DNA of 64,000 bases, from assembly GCA_000091205.1 (NCBI GenBank), contig AP006496.2; one strand, written 5' to 3'. A program made the translations under genes and the position numbers. Shown here in pieces: positions 20,742 through 32,960 of this stretch. The DNA is from Cyanidioschyzon merolae (Eukaryota). The stretch's first letter is position 1. Each line of letters begins with the position of its first letter. The notes beneath the pieces were generated by a model, which saw nothing but the letters and a program-made list of their open reading frames with translations, had not been told where the DNA came from and did no database searches.

Positions 20742-23708
20742 TTCAATGGAAAGGGAACGTGCTTGCCCAGAGTTTACCGAGCAGCCACGGAGACTCACGT
20801 TGCAGGCGAAAGGAGAGAAGCGAACCGATCCGCCCCGGGAATTTGAATCCGCGCAGCGCGATCGCTCGCCAGCGGCGGTATGATGGCGGCCTCATTCGCG
20901 TGCATGATAGGATGTACCACAACGGCCAGTATACCCGGGAGGGAGTATGGGTTATGGAGCTTGGACCTAGGTGTAACGATGGGTGCTTTACCGTACACCG
21001 ATATGAAACGTGCAATCGGTGAGCGCTGGTCTGCGCGTAAACGTTTCGTCAAAGAAGATAATCGGGTGGTTTCGTTCGCCTGTGTCTATGGTCATCGATG
21101 CTGTTGACACCGCAATATACGGAGCGCCGGAGGAAAGCATCGCAGCATATCAAAACTCTTGGATGGGCTAACTGGATCCCGGCATTTCCACTGAGATTCC
21201 CAGAATACGACGCTCGGACAAGGCGGAAGAACGCGGTGCGTCGCGCGTTCGTGCTCGTTTCAGGAGCGCATGATGCATAAACTCCATTTCGAAAAAACGT
21301 ACGCTGCGACCCGCATAGGTCCGTAGGTTCTGTGCGGAATTCAAGCTTTCATTCACGTTCTATCACAATACAGTTGAAACTGCGCCCAGCCGCGGTCTCG
21401 AAGCAGCCATCAATGCTGTTTGCGCGCACCATCTCGGGGCAAGCCTTGCTGGATGTGCGTTTTCAGCATGTTTCGAGGCGTCTCGCGCGACAGCGGCCAT
21501 GCTTTCGTGTGCAGGAGCGCTTCCATCTATCGCGCGGGTTGCCGGTCTTAGAAGGACGCGCATTGCGTTGCGGAGGCATGCCATCGGCTTGTCCAGACAT
21601 GCCTCGGGAACGAGACGCTCGTCGTGCACAGTATCGCTGCCGCCGTGCAGAGGTGACCCTGTTCATTAGCGGTGTCACCATGGCTCTGGGGCCGAATACC
21701 GGATGCAGCACTTTCCTCCATCTATCCATCCGAACGTCCGTCCGACCATTGATCTGCTGCCTTGTGTGCCAGTAGATGTAGACGACGTACGTAGACCAGC
21801 GAGCCGCTTGCTGCAGATCTATATCCTGGTGTCTGGTTCTATGGATGCGGAACGTCGCCAAGCTGTCCGGATCGGTCACGGAATCCGCCAAAGCCTACGT
21901 CGTGCGCCCCGAACATGCTCGTCTCTGTTCAACGGTACAGAAGCGGGATGTCCCGGGTCGTTACCTAGAGACATGATGCGTGTTCGGAGCGCATCATTCC
22001 CTGATCCGAGGTCCCTGTCAGACGCGTCTGCGATTCACATTCACCGGAAGAAGCCATCATCCATGTCACAAGGCTCACGATTGTACTCCATTATGGAATC
22101 GAAGCTCGTCGCTTCCGAGACTCGCAAACGAGGGATTGTACTGCGCGTCAAGCTTCCAGCTTACGGCAAATGTCATTATTCATTGGAGACCCAGCGAGGC
22201 AGGCCCACAAACCTATGTTACCTGGACGCCAACTCGCGACGCTGTCGTCTCGATGCACGCCTTGTAACGTCCTGGGATTTCAGGCGCACACACGAGAGAT
22301 ACCCGACTGCCCGCGTGCATCATCCGATACGGAGCGCGCACCAGCTGAGCGTTTTGATGAATTATGTCCAAAGGCTGTAGTTTATTTCCCACGAATACAG
22401 TGAGACAAGAGAGCGTAACAAAAGAGGAATCATGCGTTGTGCTCTCGATCTCCCTATCATTCAGAGCCGAGGAACGCTACGAGGTGTCCTCATGTCCGTG
22501 ATCATTTCGGGGCGGGAAAGCGAGGATGAATCACGACCGGATCCTCCGAATGCGCGAAAACCGTCAATTGCCTGTTGATGAAACTTTCTCGATGATGCGT
22601 CAACTGTGGGGTCGCGGGAAACGGGGTATACCTCGAGGCGACACTTCGTGGGGCACGGCGAATCTGTTTTGGACCTTTAGGGCATCGGCACGGTCGCATG
22701 GTGGATCAATTTGTTTATTCTTATCTGGGGAGGTGTTCTGGAGTCGCTCGTACGCGACAGCGTCTCTAGTGGAACAGAAATCTTGTTCTGGCTACGGGCA
22801 GCTTACACTGCTGTCAGAAGCATCTGATTTCATGCATGGATCCCTACGATGCGAAAAAGAACAGAGATCAACGAGTGATTAGCAACTCGAGAACAGCTTC
22901 TTCCCGGCTTCACGGTGAGCGTTGAAAGGGAAAAAAGTTTTCCGTAATTTCGAAAGTGTATCGTGTTGGTGGAATTTGGCGCGAACCGGATGAGTCCGTC
23001 AGGCCAGAGCTCGCTGTGCCTCTAAGGTGCCGGGCCAGTAGCGAGTTCTGAGCAGCTCGTCCGCAACGCAGTTTATTCTGCGACTAGGGGCAGTTAAGCT
23101 GCGTCTGGGCGTCGCCCATGTTGCAATTATCTCCTAGCATATCGCTTCGCTCTGTCGCAGGCGGCAGGTCTGCTTACCCATTTTTCAGGCTCCCAGAATG
23201 CTTACATAATCCGATTCCGTACCTGGTGAAGCGGCCCGCAATCCGATGCCCTCAGCAGTATGGCAAAGCGTTCTTGTCCCCGTGCTGCATCCGCATCAGC
23301 GGTTTAGGCGCAATCGCGGATGCAGCAAGACAGGCACTCGCAACACAATGGAACATTCAAAACGGCAAGTGCATCCAGGCAGAGGCAAGGGCCATGGAAC
23401 TTGGACGTAGAGTGCATCATGGTGGACGCTTTCCCGAATACCAGTTTCCAATCCGCAGGCGAGGATCCCCGATCAACAGAAACGTTTTATCAAACGAAGA
23501 AAAAGATGCGTTGCACGTCGATACCCGAAAAGGGGCATCGCACGCCTGATGATGCAGCGTCGGCGCCGCCGCTGCCGCCGCTGCCGCCACTGCCCCAAAC
23601 GTACACCCATCCCAGCAAGGTGTCTAGTGACACCTGCTTCGTTTACGAAACAGCAATAGCACCGTTTGCGCTGGCACCGCACTCTAGAGACCGTACGTTG
23701 CTCCGGCT

Positions 23709-24326
23709 ATGAGTGAGAGAGAGAGTCCCGCAGATGCTGGGCCCGAGAAATCCGTGCACCCGCTTCAGTTTTCCTGGACGTTTTGGTATGATATGCCCCG
23801 GGGAATCAAGCCTTCCCAGGAGAACTGGAGCAACAACGTCAAGCCGTTTGCCGAGGTCGACACGGTGGAAAAGTTCTGGGCCGTCATGAATAATATCGTG
23901 GAACCGTCTCGGCTTCCGCCTGGTTCCAACCTGCACGTTTTCAAGCACGGAATCAGGCCTGAGTGGGAAGACGCCATGAACGAGGCCGGGGGCAAGTGGG
24001 TAGTCACCCTGCCAAAGAAGGAGCTCCCCCGAATCGATGAGTTCTGGCTGAACTCGCTCATTGGGATTCTGGGAGAACACTTTGAAGCGAAGGCGAGTGA
24101 TGACATTTGTGGGCTCGTGGTGAGTGTTCGCAAAGACAGAGGCCGACTGGCGCTTTGGAACAAGAGCGCTTTACGGGAGGACTTGCGGCGTTCTATTGGA
24201 AAAAGGTGGCGCGAAATCCTGTCTAGTGGCGGACTGCCGCGCGATCTTGATCTTGAATACATGGTACACAAGGACGCTATGGCGTATGATCGCTCGTATG
24301 TGAGTAAGGCGCTCGATCGCCTCTGA
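23709..24326 (+). CDS. EIF4E: Eukaryotic translation initiation factor 4E (cap-binding protein)
   Basis: HPLQFSWTFWYD, FKHGIRPEWEDAMN (cap-stacking W/E) and GGKWVV match the eIF4E cap-binding signature along its 205 aa. ATG start verified. Confidence 0.9.
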   Translation: MSERESPADAGPEKSVHPLQFSWTFWYDMPRGIKPSQENWSNNVKPFAEVDTVEKFWAVMNNIVEPSRLPPGSNLHVFKHGIRPEWEDAMNEAGGKWVVTLPKKELPRIDEFWLNSLIGILGEHFEAKASDDICGLVVSVRKDRGRLALWNKSALREDLRRSIGKRWREILSSGGLPRDLDLEYMVHKDAMAYDRSYVSKALDRL

Positions 24327-26300
24327 AACCTTGGCGCTGGGAGCGAGCTGTGGTGCGACTGCCAGCACCAACGGGTACGCGTGCGACACCTGGACTCGGC
24401 TTTGGAAACGATCACCGCACGCTGCGTGTAACGTCGTCGGCAAAGCCGTTTTCCCTGCGTCTAGCATGAGCCGGCGAAACGGAAATCGGGCACCGGTGTA
24501 GCGGGTCCAGGAAACGAACCCAACGACAGCATCCGGGGCAGCGGAGGCGGCTTCCACTGGCCAGTCGCGTCGTGAAAGCACTCTGCCGGTGCTGGACGCG
24601 GGAACGGGCATTGCAGCTCGATATCAACGCACGTTGAAACACATGTGCCGATATGCTGCTGGTGCGACTCGGAATGTGCGTTTCCATTCTGGTGCGGCAG
24701 CAAGATCCCTGTAAGAGGCGTAAGTTTGGCGAAGCGCCTTTCGTGACCGCTTCTCTCTGCTTTACGGTGCGGCTTTCGTCGCAAATGGGGTCCAACGGAA
24801 TCAGAGATCAAAAAGAGGCTCGGTTTGCACCAGAGTGTTTCGCCAGCACTTTCGGACGATGAAAATCTCTGAGCGCTGCGGATATTGGCAGCAAAGCCTT
24901 CACTGATGGGAGCGTTTCGGTGGCGCTTCGAGAGTATTTGCATGATTGCGTGCGCTGTTTTGGTGTATCGTGATTGTTTCAAGTCATTTCAAAAGCTATC
25001 CGGATTCTGACTTGAGCTGTACACATGCTTTACTAAATGTGAGCCTCGGTTCCACTGGCCAGTACCGACTGTAAGACTTGGAGTAACCTGCTTTGCGCCT
25101 TGTGAAGAAAACTGTAAACGCCCATCCAGCTCGTCTTGAAGAGCGAACGCGCACGCCTTTGTTGCGTTTCATGCACGCCCCAGCGCGTACTGGAAGCGCC
25201 CGAGACACAGCGCAGTCGTGCCGAGTTTATGTCCAGAGCTGGCATCTAACCTATGTACACTGCTAGGCATGAGACGCGATCGCGTTCCAGACGGAAGCGA
25301 GTGCATTCGAATCGGTCCCTGTTCATGATGCGGTTCGGCGCCCAAGCACAAAGTGCGACGCGCATTGATGGACGCTCACCACAACCAGGGCGCCACGGCT
25401 TTCCCTCGTTGCTGTCGCAAGATGCCGCATGTTATCCCGTCAGCAAGCGAGCCGGGCATCCAAACTTCTTCGCGCACCCGTCTCCATCCCATAAATAAGG
25501 ACTTGCTGCTTACGAAGATCTACACCCTCGATAGTACACTGCATAGGAAACATATGGCAGCTTCGCGTGGCCTTGCGCGGTGCCAACACGCGCACATGAC
25601 GTGTGGAAACGATGGACCGCAACGCCAGGGCGCAGATGCGAACAGCCTCGAGTCGATGCCCATACAGGTAAGACGACGCTGTGCAGTCATCATGTGGCGC
25701 TGGCGCCGGCCTTGCTGGCGCCGTCGTGGGCGCTCACCGCAGGCACTAGGCACCCGGAGGATCGCATGAATGCGCATGTAATTCCGAAGGCAGGCACATC
25801 CACTGCTGACCGATGGAACTCGAACGTGTCGCGCGGCATGGAAGACGCTCTCCCCGATACCGATAGCAATCGCGCTATCGGGCACGTCAGGTTCGTTGAA
25901 CGATTCTGTAGCCAAAAAGGGGTGATAAGCACAACGGGTCGAGCACGCACACATTCCCGTTCTTCCATCGTATTGAATGCGTTCCTGAGTGCCGCCACGC
26001 TGCGCAGACCTGCCCTCATGACCCTGAAACAACAATATCATGGATAAGCTGTCGATCCTCGATGAGTCCGTGAGGCAGCGTGCAGCGAGGCGCCTCCGAC
26101 GGACCCCGTCCAGGCGCGAAACTGCGGCACGCGCAACGTCCGTTCGCTGCTCAGCGTGTCGCCTGCCGGGAGCCTCTCTGCAGACAGGGCCTATCGCGGC
26201 CATTCACGGGATCATCCCGAGTTCCAGATGCCCGCCAGCAGTACCGAGAGGGTTTCCATTCATGACTGAACAGAAGGGGCATCGGAGGTGGCGGCAGGCC

Positions 26301-26816
26301 TCAGTGATGGCGGCCGTTTCGTGCGAGATGCTCCGCGGGACTCGATCGCAGGCTCGCACCTCGCTCCGCCTCGTACTCCCCGTAAAACGTGACCACATTC
26401 TTCTCAGTCTCCCAGAGACGAATTCTGTACAGCAATAATCCAAGGTGTGGCTCAAGCCAACCCCAAATGACCGCAGCGAGGTTCTCAGTCGTTGCCGGTA
26501 GAGCGTGCGCATAACCGCCGTTTTCTGAAGCAAACTCATTTACATCCTCGTCAATCGACGCATGATCGAGCTTCTCGAGCACATGTTTCTCGATTACTTC
26601 CTTCAATAGACGCATGTCGAGCACCATACCGGTCTGAGCATCGACTGGACCTCGAACCGTAACCTCCAGAACATAGTTGTGTCCGTGGCGTCGTGCGCAC
26701 GGCCCAAACAGCCTCTCGTTTTCTTCCGGACTAAGCTTGCCCGCTCTCAGCGCATGACATGCGGAAAACGTCACAGCGCGTGTTAACTCCACAACCGGCC
26801 TCTGGATATGAACCAT
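26301..26816 (-). CDS. PTS: 6-pyruvoyl-tetrahydropterin synthase (PTPS)
   Basis: FSACHALRAGKLSPEENERLFGPCARRHGHNYVLEVTVRGPVDAQTGMVLDMRLLKEVIEKHVLEKLDHASIDEDV aligns with mammalian PTPS [32 protein letters not shown]...[32 protein letters not shown]. The zinc-ligand histidines and catalytic Cys are conserved. The CDS is started at the ATG for MVHIQRP (cat at 26814-26816), because the ORF-track N-terminal extension to 27098 does not resemble PTPS. Confidence 0.8.
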   Translation of the reverse strand: MVHIQRPVVELTRAVTFSACHALRAGKLSPEENERLFGPCARRHGHNYVLEVTVRGPVDAQTGMVLDMRLLKEVIEKHVLEKLDHASIDEDVNEFASENGGYAHALPATTENLAAVIWGWLEPHLGLLLYRIRLWETEKNVVTFYGEYEAERGASLRSSPAEHLARNGRHH

Positions 26817-27293
26817 TGGTCTCGAGCGACTCTGGAGCGAGAGCGCCCACCTGCAACGGATACAAAGCTCGCGAACGGTTTCGTGACGCTGCCCGATCAA
26901 TCTCCCGAAAATCGCGCCAAAAGAGGAGCCTGCGCAGTAGCGCCAGGCACCGTTTCTGGAGGACTGGCATTGAGGCATCGAACTGGTATCATCCGGTAGC
27001 AGTATTTTCGGGACCAGGGCCAAGACGATTGTGGCTCTCAAAACGTGTCTATGTGACGCTGATCCCGGTCCAGTGTTCACTGCAGGGCTAGCACACACAA
27101 CGAACCAGCGTCTTGCTGGTTGTAGCGTGTGTTGCAGGCGCTCGCGAAGGTGCTGGATGCGCAGCCTCCGCCGCCGCGAGGCTACTCTATGGTACCAGCA
27201 CGGAGCTGCGCCTGTCCGTACTCAGGGATATTGAACCTTGGAACGTCAATATACTTTCTTGATGGCATGGGAAGATCGTATGTGGTGTCGGCC

Positions 27294-29255
27294 TGTGGCG
27301 TTCCAGCCTCGCTCGACAGCTGACCAGTACCATACCAGTGTCTTGGCGCAGGCGAGGATCCGAATCTTCCCCCTGTTTCCTAATGTCTTTATTGCATCCG
27401 AACTCCACAGCGTTGCAGCGCAGCGTCTGCATCAGTAAGAGTCGATTCCCTGGCAAGCTCGCTCGACGTAAAGCCGGTGGACGATCTGGAAGCACGAGAT
27501 ATTGCCTGAGGTTGATCGAGGGGTTCAAGTCTCGATGCAGTATGGACGGGTATGTGTGTGTACTTGCTGCTGGCGTCACGACGAAGCGAGCCTCACGCCT
27601 TTGATTGCCGCTGCATCTCATGGTCGAGCGGCTTACCGTACGCCATCTCGTGCGTCTGCCTCAGTTTCGCTCTCTGATTCTCTACCGGATTCGACACGCG
27701 CCCGTGCTCATGACACGTGTATGTCGTCCTGAACACATCGGCGGGCATCGTGCAGCGCGCATTTCTGTATTTACTTCTGTATTTCGGCATGCTCATTGCA
27801 TGAGCAGGCGTCCAGCATTTCTGCGTTATAGCGCGCCCTGCTCCATGGGTTACCTATCAAAGAAAACTGAGCAGCTTCATCTGCTTCGCATTGAGGCCTT
27901 CGGCTCCGTCCCCGCGCTCTAGACGCACAGCGAAGGCCATGGCGCTATCTGACCTGGGAATCACGCGCACAGCGAAGCCTTTCCCCGCATCTAGCTTGAA
28001 CAGTTGGAAATGCGTCGCGCTGCCCGAAAGGATACTTTTCGGCACCTGCGCTGTCGAGGTCCCGATCAAGGACGTGGTGCGTCGACCTTTCAAGGTATTC
28101 TGCGGACTGTGGGTGCGAGTCTCTGACCCGAAGATCAGGCCGTGTTGCGGGTTTTGTACCGGGCTTCATTCACGCTGTCCCTCGGGGCGGGTTCAGCCGT
28201 AAAAAGCGCAGAGCAATGTGGACAGCTGGCAGCCCTGCGCCCGCAACACGTACGCATTGTTGGTGAACGAGCTGCGTCACAGCGCGCGAAACTGAGAGAG
28301 TCCTCATCGAGTGCGAAGCAACGCGACGCCAATTGGCGACCTGTATCTCGCTTTACTGAATATTCTCCCTGCTGACGTGTCTTAGCAGGGAGGCGTCGAG
28401 AGTGGTTCCGGCGTCATGCGCCCGATCCGTGAGCTTTTCCTTCCTGTCCCTGTACATCCTCTTCGTCTGAGGGATCCTCCTGCTCGTGGCGGAGCGGCCT
28501 CTTCGCCTTTGCGTCCGCTCGGCTGCGCGCGCCTTGAGCGCTTTCGAGTAAGGGGGCGCATCGTACCCAACGATCAACCCAGAAGAATGCGTGATAGAGA
28601 CGCAACGGAGCGCTTCGACGGAGTATGAGGTGCTGAACGAAGCCGTCTGCTGGGCGATCACTAGGTGGCTCTGCAATGAAGTTGCCTCTGGGCCTGATGG
28701 TGTCGGAATGCTCGCTTATCTGTGCTTTGGGATCCGTCGTTCGCGCCTCGTTGGGTACCCTTGTGCGGGTCCACCATCGCTCCCGAACAAGTCCCTTTGT
28801 GGCGTAATCCGGAAACCGAGCACCTCATGTGAGAATCATTGGCGCCGCAGTGCGAAATCGATAAATTGTGTCGTTCAGCACGAAACAGTCTCCCATACAA
28901 GTGCATTCCCTTCTGTATCCGTCTGTGTCTCTTTGGTGCCGCTCGTACAGACGGTACGGCATCATCACAGTCGATGACTGCTTCCGTGGAATTCCGTATC
29001 GAAGAAATGGAGTGGCGTAAATTGACGAGGAGACACACTGATCAACACAGGGTTTGGTACCGTCCGCATTGAGTGCGAATCGTTCATCATGCAGAATACG
29101 AGTGGGTAGCTTCATCCAGCCGCTGACCCTGGACTGACTGACTTGTCCAAGTAAGGCTGTTTTCTCGTGAACTACCGGTGACAACACCTTGTGTTTCCTG
29201 TTCCTGTCTCCATTCTGCAGGATACCTTCCGTTTTCTTGAATGCGTGTGAGAGAT
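27294..29255. repeat. Direct repeat copy 2 (1962 bp); partner at 7945..9906
   Basis: Same offset-19349 comparison as for copy 1. Sampled differences include ctaacg>ctaatg, gtctgtctctg>gtctgcctcag and taccgacgg>tacagacgg. Confidence 0.9.
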
Positions 29256-31718
29256 AAAAACAAAACCGGACGTGCTGGTAAAGTTGGTACAGAAGGTACT
29301 GCTCTAAATGGAAAAGATGTCGGCCCGGAGCTGTGCACTCGTGTCGCGAAGCAGCAGAGCGCGAACTGGTGAGTCATGGGTCAGCGTTGCCACGCATCCA
29401 GCAGCTTACACACATAAAGCCACCTTCATTTCTGTGGGTAATATCGAAGGAGACCCCCCAGTGCCTTGACACTACCGTCATAGCAACACAGAACAAGTCT
29501 ATCTACCAAATCGAATCTAAACCCTAAAGGTAGAGTCTTTTGCCATGACCATCAATACCAGCTTCCACGTGCTTTTTCCGCAACTGACTCCATCCTGACT
29601 CAGTTACCTCAGGGTCTGAGTAGGTTAGTCTCCCCGGTCCCTCCGATACTGTCGTCAGCTGTCGAAGAATGGGGGTAGCTCCCGAATTGTCCTGATTCCA
29701 CGCTTCCGTCCATTATCCACGCAATTCATGCAGAGGCAAAAGTTGGGATCCCTGCTTTGCTCCGCACTCTCATTTCTCTTATGTACAGCCACGGTGCGCT
29801 CGACACAGCGACGGCACTTGCATGTGGTCAAGTGTTCCCATATGTGCATGACGCATTCTCCTGTTAGCGCCACCCTGTGGCTCGCGGACGCTTGCTTCAT
29901 CGCTCGGTACCTGTCCTTGACGGGCACAGAATGCTTCCACAAATGCCCTCCTCCAATACGGCGACAGGTGGCGAGCCTCACGATCATGTGCCTTTTCTGG
30001 ATGGTCTCGTCACCGAGTGCTTTGTCCGCCATACGCGCAAGCGCCTGATGCTCCATTCGGTAGAGTATGTTCGGAACGCGATCCTGTCCATTTTGAAACA
30101 AGTACCGAGAGGAAAATCCAGAATGAAAATGCCACGAAATTCGGATGTGTGCACGCTCAAGTGGAGGCGATCGCTGCGATGACTCAATGCCGAGTACAGG
30201 ATCCATACCCACGCACGCCGAACAGACGGTATCCTCTGGGAGCGCACCCCAGAAGAGGTACAAGGCTGGTGTCGGATCCCGATTCGTCGGCCGCAACGAA
30301 GACAGGAGGATTTGTCGTCCAAACGGAATCGACTGTTTGGCGTGAGAATTTCAGTGAACTTTCCCCATGGACTCGCTGACAAGCCCTGATGGGACGACGT
30401 CGCCTATCTCTTCCCTCGTCCGTCCACGAATGTCAATCGCGGCGCCCGTGAGTTGCCTTGAAATGTAAAGATCGAAAACTTCAAGAATATGTGGTTTGAG
30501 CGTGCTGCACGTAAGGAAATGGAGAAGAAACGAGGCTTGTACAGAAGAATCGGATAATGATATCGGTTATTTTACGGGTTGTTGTTCAGGAGCGTCGCCA
30601 GTCATCATGACACTCGTTGCGTTCTAGATTTCAGTGGCAAAACGGCGAAGGAGCGACTCCGAGACCACGCAAAAAACAGTAATGCCCTATGGCTGCACCT
30701 CGAATATCTAGAATGAACATCTAAACCAAGCTAGGTAAAATCGAAGGGCAGGAACAGAGCGTGCAGCTCAGTGCTGCGCTGCAATCCGCCACGAGTCTAC
30801 CACTCACCGTCTTTTGCGGCAGTACAGATTGAATAGAGGATGGTCCACGACAGCATGGACGCATATTGCACGGTTCAAGTCGCGAGCGGGCAGCTGACGT
30901 TGCTATCGCGGATCCACGGCGCCACTGACTCGTAACATGAACCCTTAGGGTACAGCGCCGGTCCAGCGCTGTGAGAATAAGGCGTCACCGATGCTAAAGG
31001 CGAGTCGCGGTCAAGAAGGGCGTTCGACTATGCGGAGAGATTCGCGACCCGCAATCTTGCACCGGGCTGATGTCGACGTTGTTCGCCTCGTGGATCCATC
31101 CAGCGCTGTCATACCGCGAAAGTCCTGACGCAAAGCCCCAAACTCCTGTCCAGCCCTCTACCCGATGAACCGCAGCAAACGCGCAACCAAGGTAAACAAG
31201 CCGTTTATATCGATTTCAAACCGTAAAAAACGCTCGTTGTCACCGCTTGGATCCGCTCACTCGGAAGAAATGTCGTCCAAGCAAAAATCAGAGACAGCAG
31301 CTAAAATCTTCCGAGTTGCAGAACTATTCGACAATCGTGGAACGAGGTGAACGCTCACGACCCAAGCTTAGTCTGCAAAAAATGTCGGGCCGACTGGAGA
31401 CGCAGTGGCGATGGTATATGCAAAGCGCCACTGCGCACGAGGAAGACTCTCGCCGCCCGTCCTCAGGCGCTGGAGTATTCTTGCACCGCATACAGGATCC
31501 GAACCATCAGAACGTTCCGTTGAACGCGATCCGGTCAATGCAGAACGGCTACTCATTTAGACCAGAGTTCCTGTCTGGCCAACGAGTGCCAAAGGCGACT
31601 GGCTCTCTCGCTCAGAGGACCTGAGACTGACAGCGCTCTTGCGGTGCGATCATCGCTGGATCGGAAGCGAGGCGCACTCACGTGCACCGAGTATGATCCC
31701 CGATACAGCTGTACGTGC

Positions 31719-32960
31719 CTAGTGCGACCGAACGAAGCCTCGGTGCTGTCCATGTACACCGGACTCATCAATCTGGAAGGTTACGAGTGTGCCGGGTTCC
31801 GGACCCCAGTCGCTGAAACAAACGCTCGCAGAGCGCAGTGCACCTGCTGGAGTCGATGCCGCATCTGACTGAGATGGAAAGACTCCGCGAACACTGCGCT
31901 GTAACCGGATACGGGTGTTAACGCATTGCGACCAGACAGCGCCGAGTGCCGGCACAAGCTCTCCGTCAGCTCGCTGGGCGACTTGATTCGATGCCACCAC
32001 TGCAAGTGAACGGTGTTCGCGCATGAGGAGACGAAGTGTATTCACGAAGCGGAAAACCCAACGAGCACGCTTCGATAACGCTCCTCTTTTCCGATTTTCA
32101 TACGCATGCCGAATCACAGCAGCGATACTATCGATAATTAGCAGCTTTGGATCCGGAGAGTGTTCAAGGAACTTTCGAAACGGCCCGCGAATGTAACGTG
32201 AAAGCGAGAGCGGTGAGCGCGCCACATGCGCACCCGTTTCCACGAGAATGCGGTTCAGGATGCTTTCCGGTGAACGAGCGATGTCGTTGCCATCGTTATC
32301 TGCGGAAGAAGCTGTTGCTCGTGCAATATCAACGAGGCGTTCAGACGGAAAGCGACCGTTTTCTGTGTGCAGATATAGTGTCATTCCACGATTTCGAGCA
32401 GCAAGTTGGAGGAGAAACTGTGTCTTCCCACTTCCAGCCTCGCCGTAAACCTCTGTCACTGCACCACAACGTATGCACACAACTTGGTCAAGAAGTGGAC
32501 AACCCAGTGAAAGCGTGACGGGTGCGGGTGCGGGTGTCGATCCCTCCAGGGCACCGAAGCGTTCACCCTCCAGTTTGCCGCACAGGGCGCTCGCTGCGTG
32601 CCGAGCCACTAGGCTGGTTTCCCGCGCGACGCGCTCGCACGCGCTCAGAAACGAAGCTCGCAGACCTATGTCGCCGTGCGTAGAGCTCCACGCTGCCAGT
32701 TCCAATAAGGCCTTTGCATCCAAGTCGCTGTTAAACGGCTTCGAACCCGCAGTGCGGACCCCGGAGCGCGTTTTTTCGCGCTCTCGTGCGACAAGCCGTT
32801 GAAGCGCACTTTCCGAACCTTCCGGGGCAAGACGAATCAAACGCTCTGCCAGCGCCAAGGGGAAAGCATCTGCAGGTGGTGTCTGCTGTACAGCAGCGTC
32901 CAGTTCACACGGGAGTCTGACGTCTGCACAACCTGCGTCGTCAGTGCTTGCACAGTCCAT
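31719..32960 (-). CDS. RAD51 paralog (RecA-family ATPase), XRCC3-like
   Basis: LSLGCPLLDQVVCIRCGAVTEVYGEAGSGKTQFLLQLAA carries the Walker A motif (compare XRCC3 [39 protein letters not shown]). LLIIDSIAAVIR aligns with VVIDSVAAPFR, and the C-terminal FQIDESGVHGQ with TISAEGVRGT. ATG start verified. Confidence 0.75.
   Translation of the reverse strand: MDCASTDDAGCADVRLPCELDAAVQQTPPADAFPLALAERLIRLAPEGSESALQRLVAREREKTRSGVRTAGSKPFNSDLDAKALLELAAWSSTHGDIGLRASFLSACERVARETSLVARHAASALCGKLEGERFGALEGSTPAPAPVTLSLGCPLLDQVVCIRCGAVTEVYGEAGSGKTQFLLQLAARNRGMTLYLHTENGRFPSERLVDIARATASSADNDGNDIARSPESILNRILVETGAHVARSPLSLSRYIRGPFRKFLEHSPDPKLLIIDSIAAVIRHAYENRKRGALSKRARWVFRFVNTLRLLMREHRSLAVVASNQVAQRADGELVPALGAVWSQCVNTRIRLQRSVRGVFPSQSDAASTPAGALRSASVCFSDWGPEPGTLVTFQIDESGVHGQHRGFVRSH

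Noticed and set aside
22930-23110. A possible structured small RNA (SRP/7SL-like or snRNA-like) upstream of eIF4E
   Set aside because: Some GC-rich stem potential is present, but there is no match to the conserved U2, U6 or SRP Alu-domain sequence blocks.
7945-29255. The 2-kb direct repeats read as LTRs of a large retrotransposon
   Set aside because: The 17.4 kb between them encodes ordinary host genes (SAPS, ArgC, formin, eIF4E, PTPS) and no gag, pol or integrase. The repeat ends show no TG...CA termini or obvious target-site duplication.
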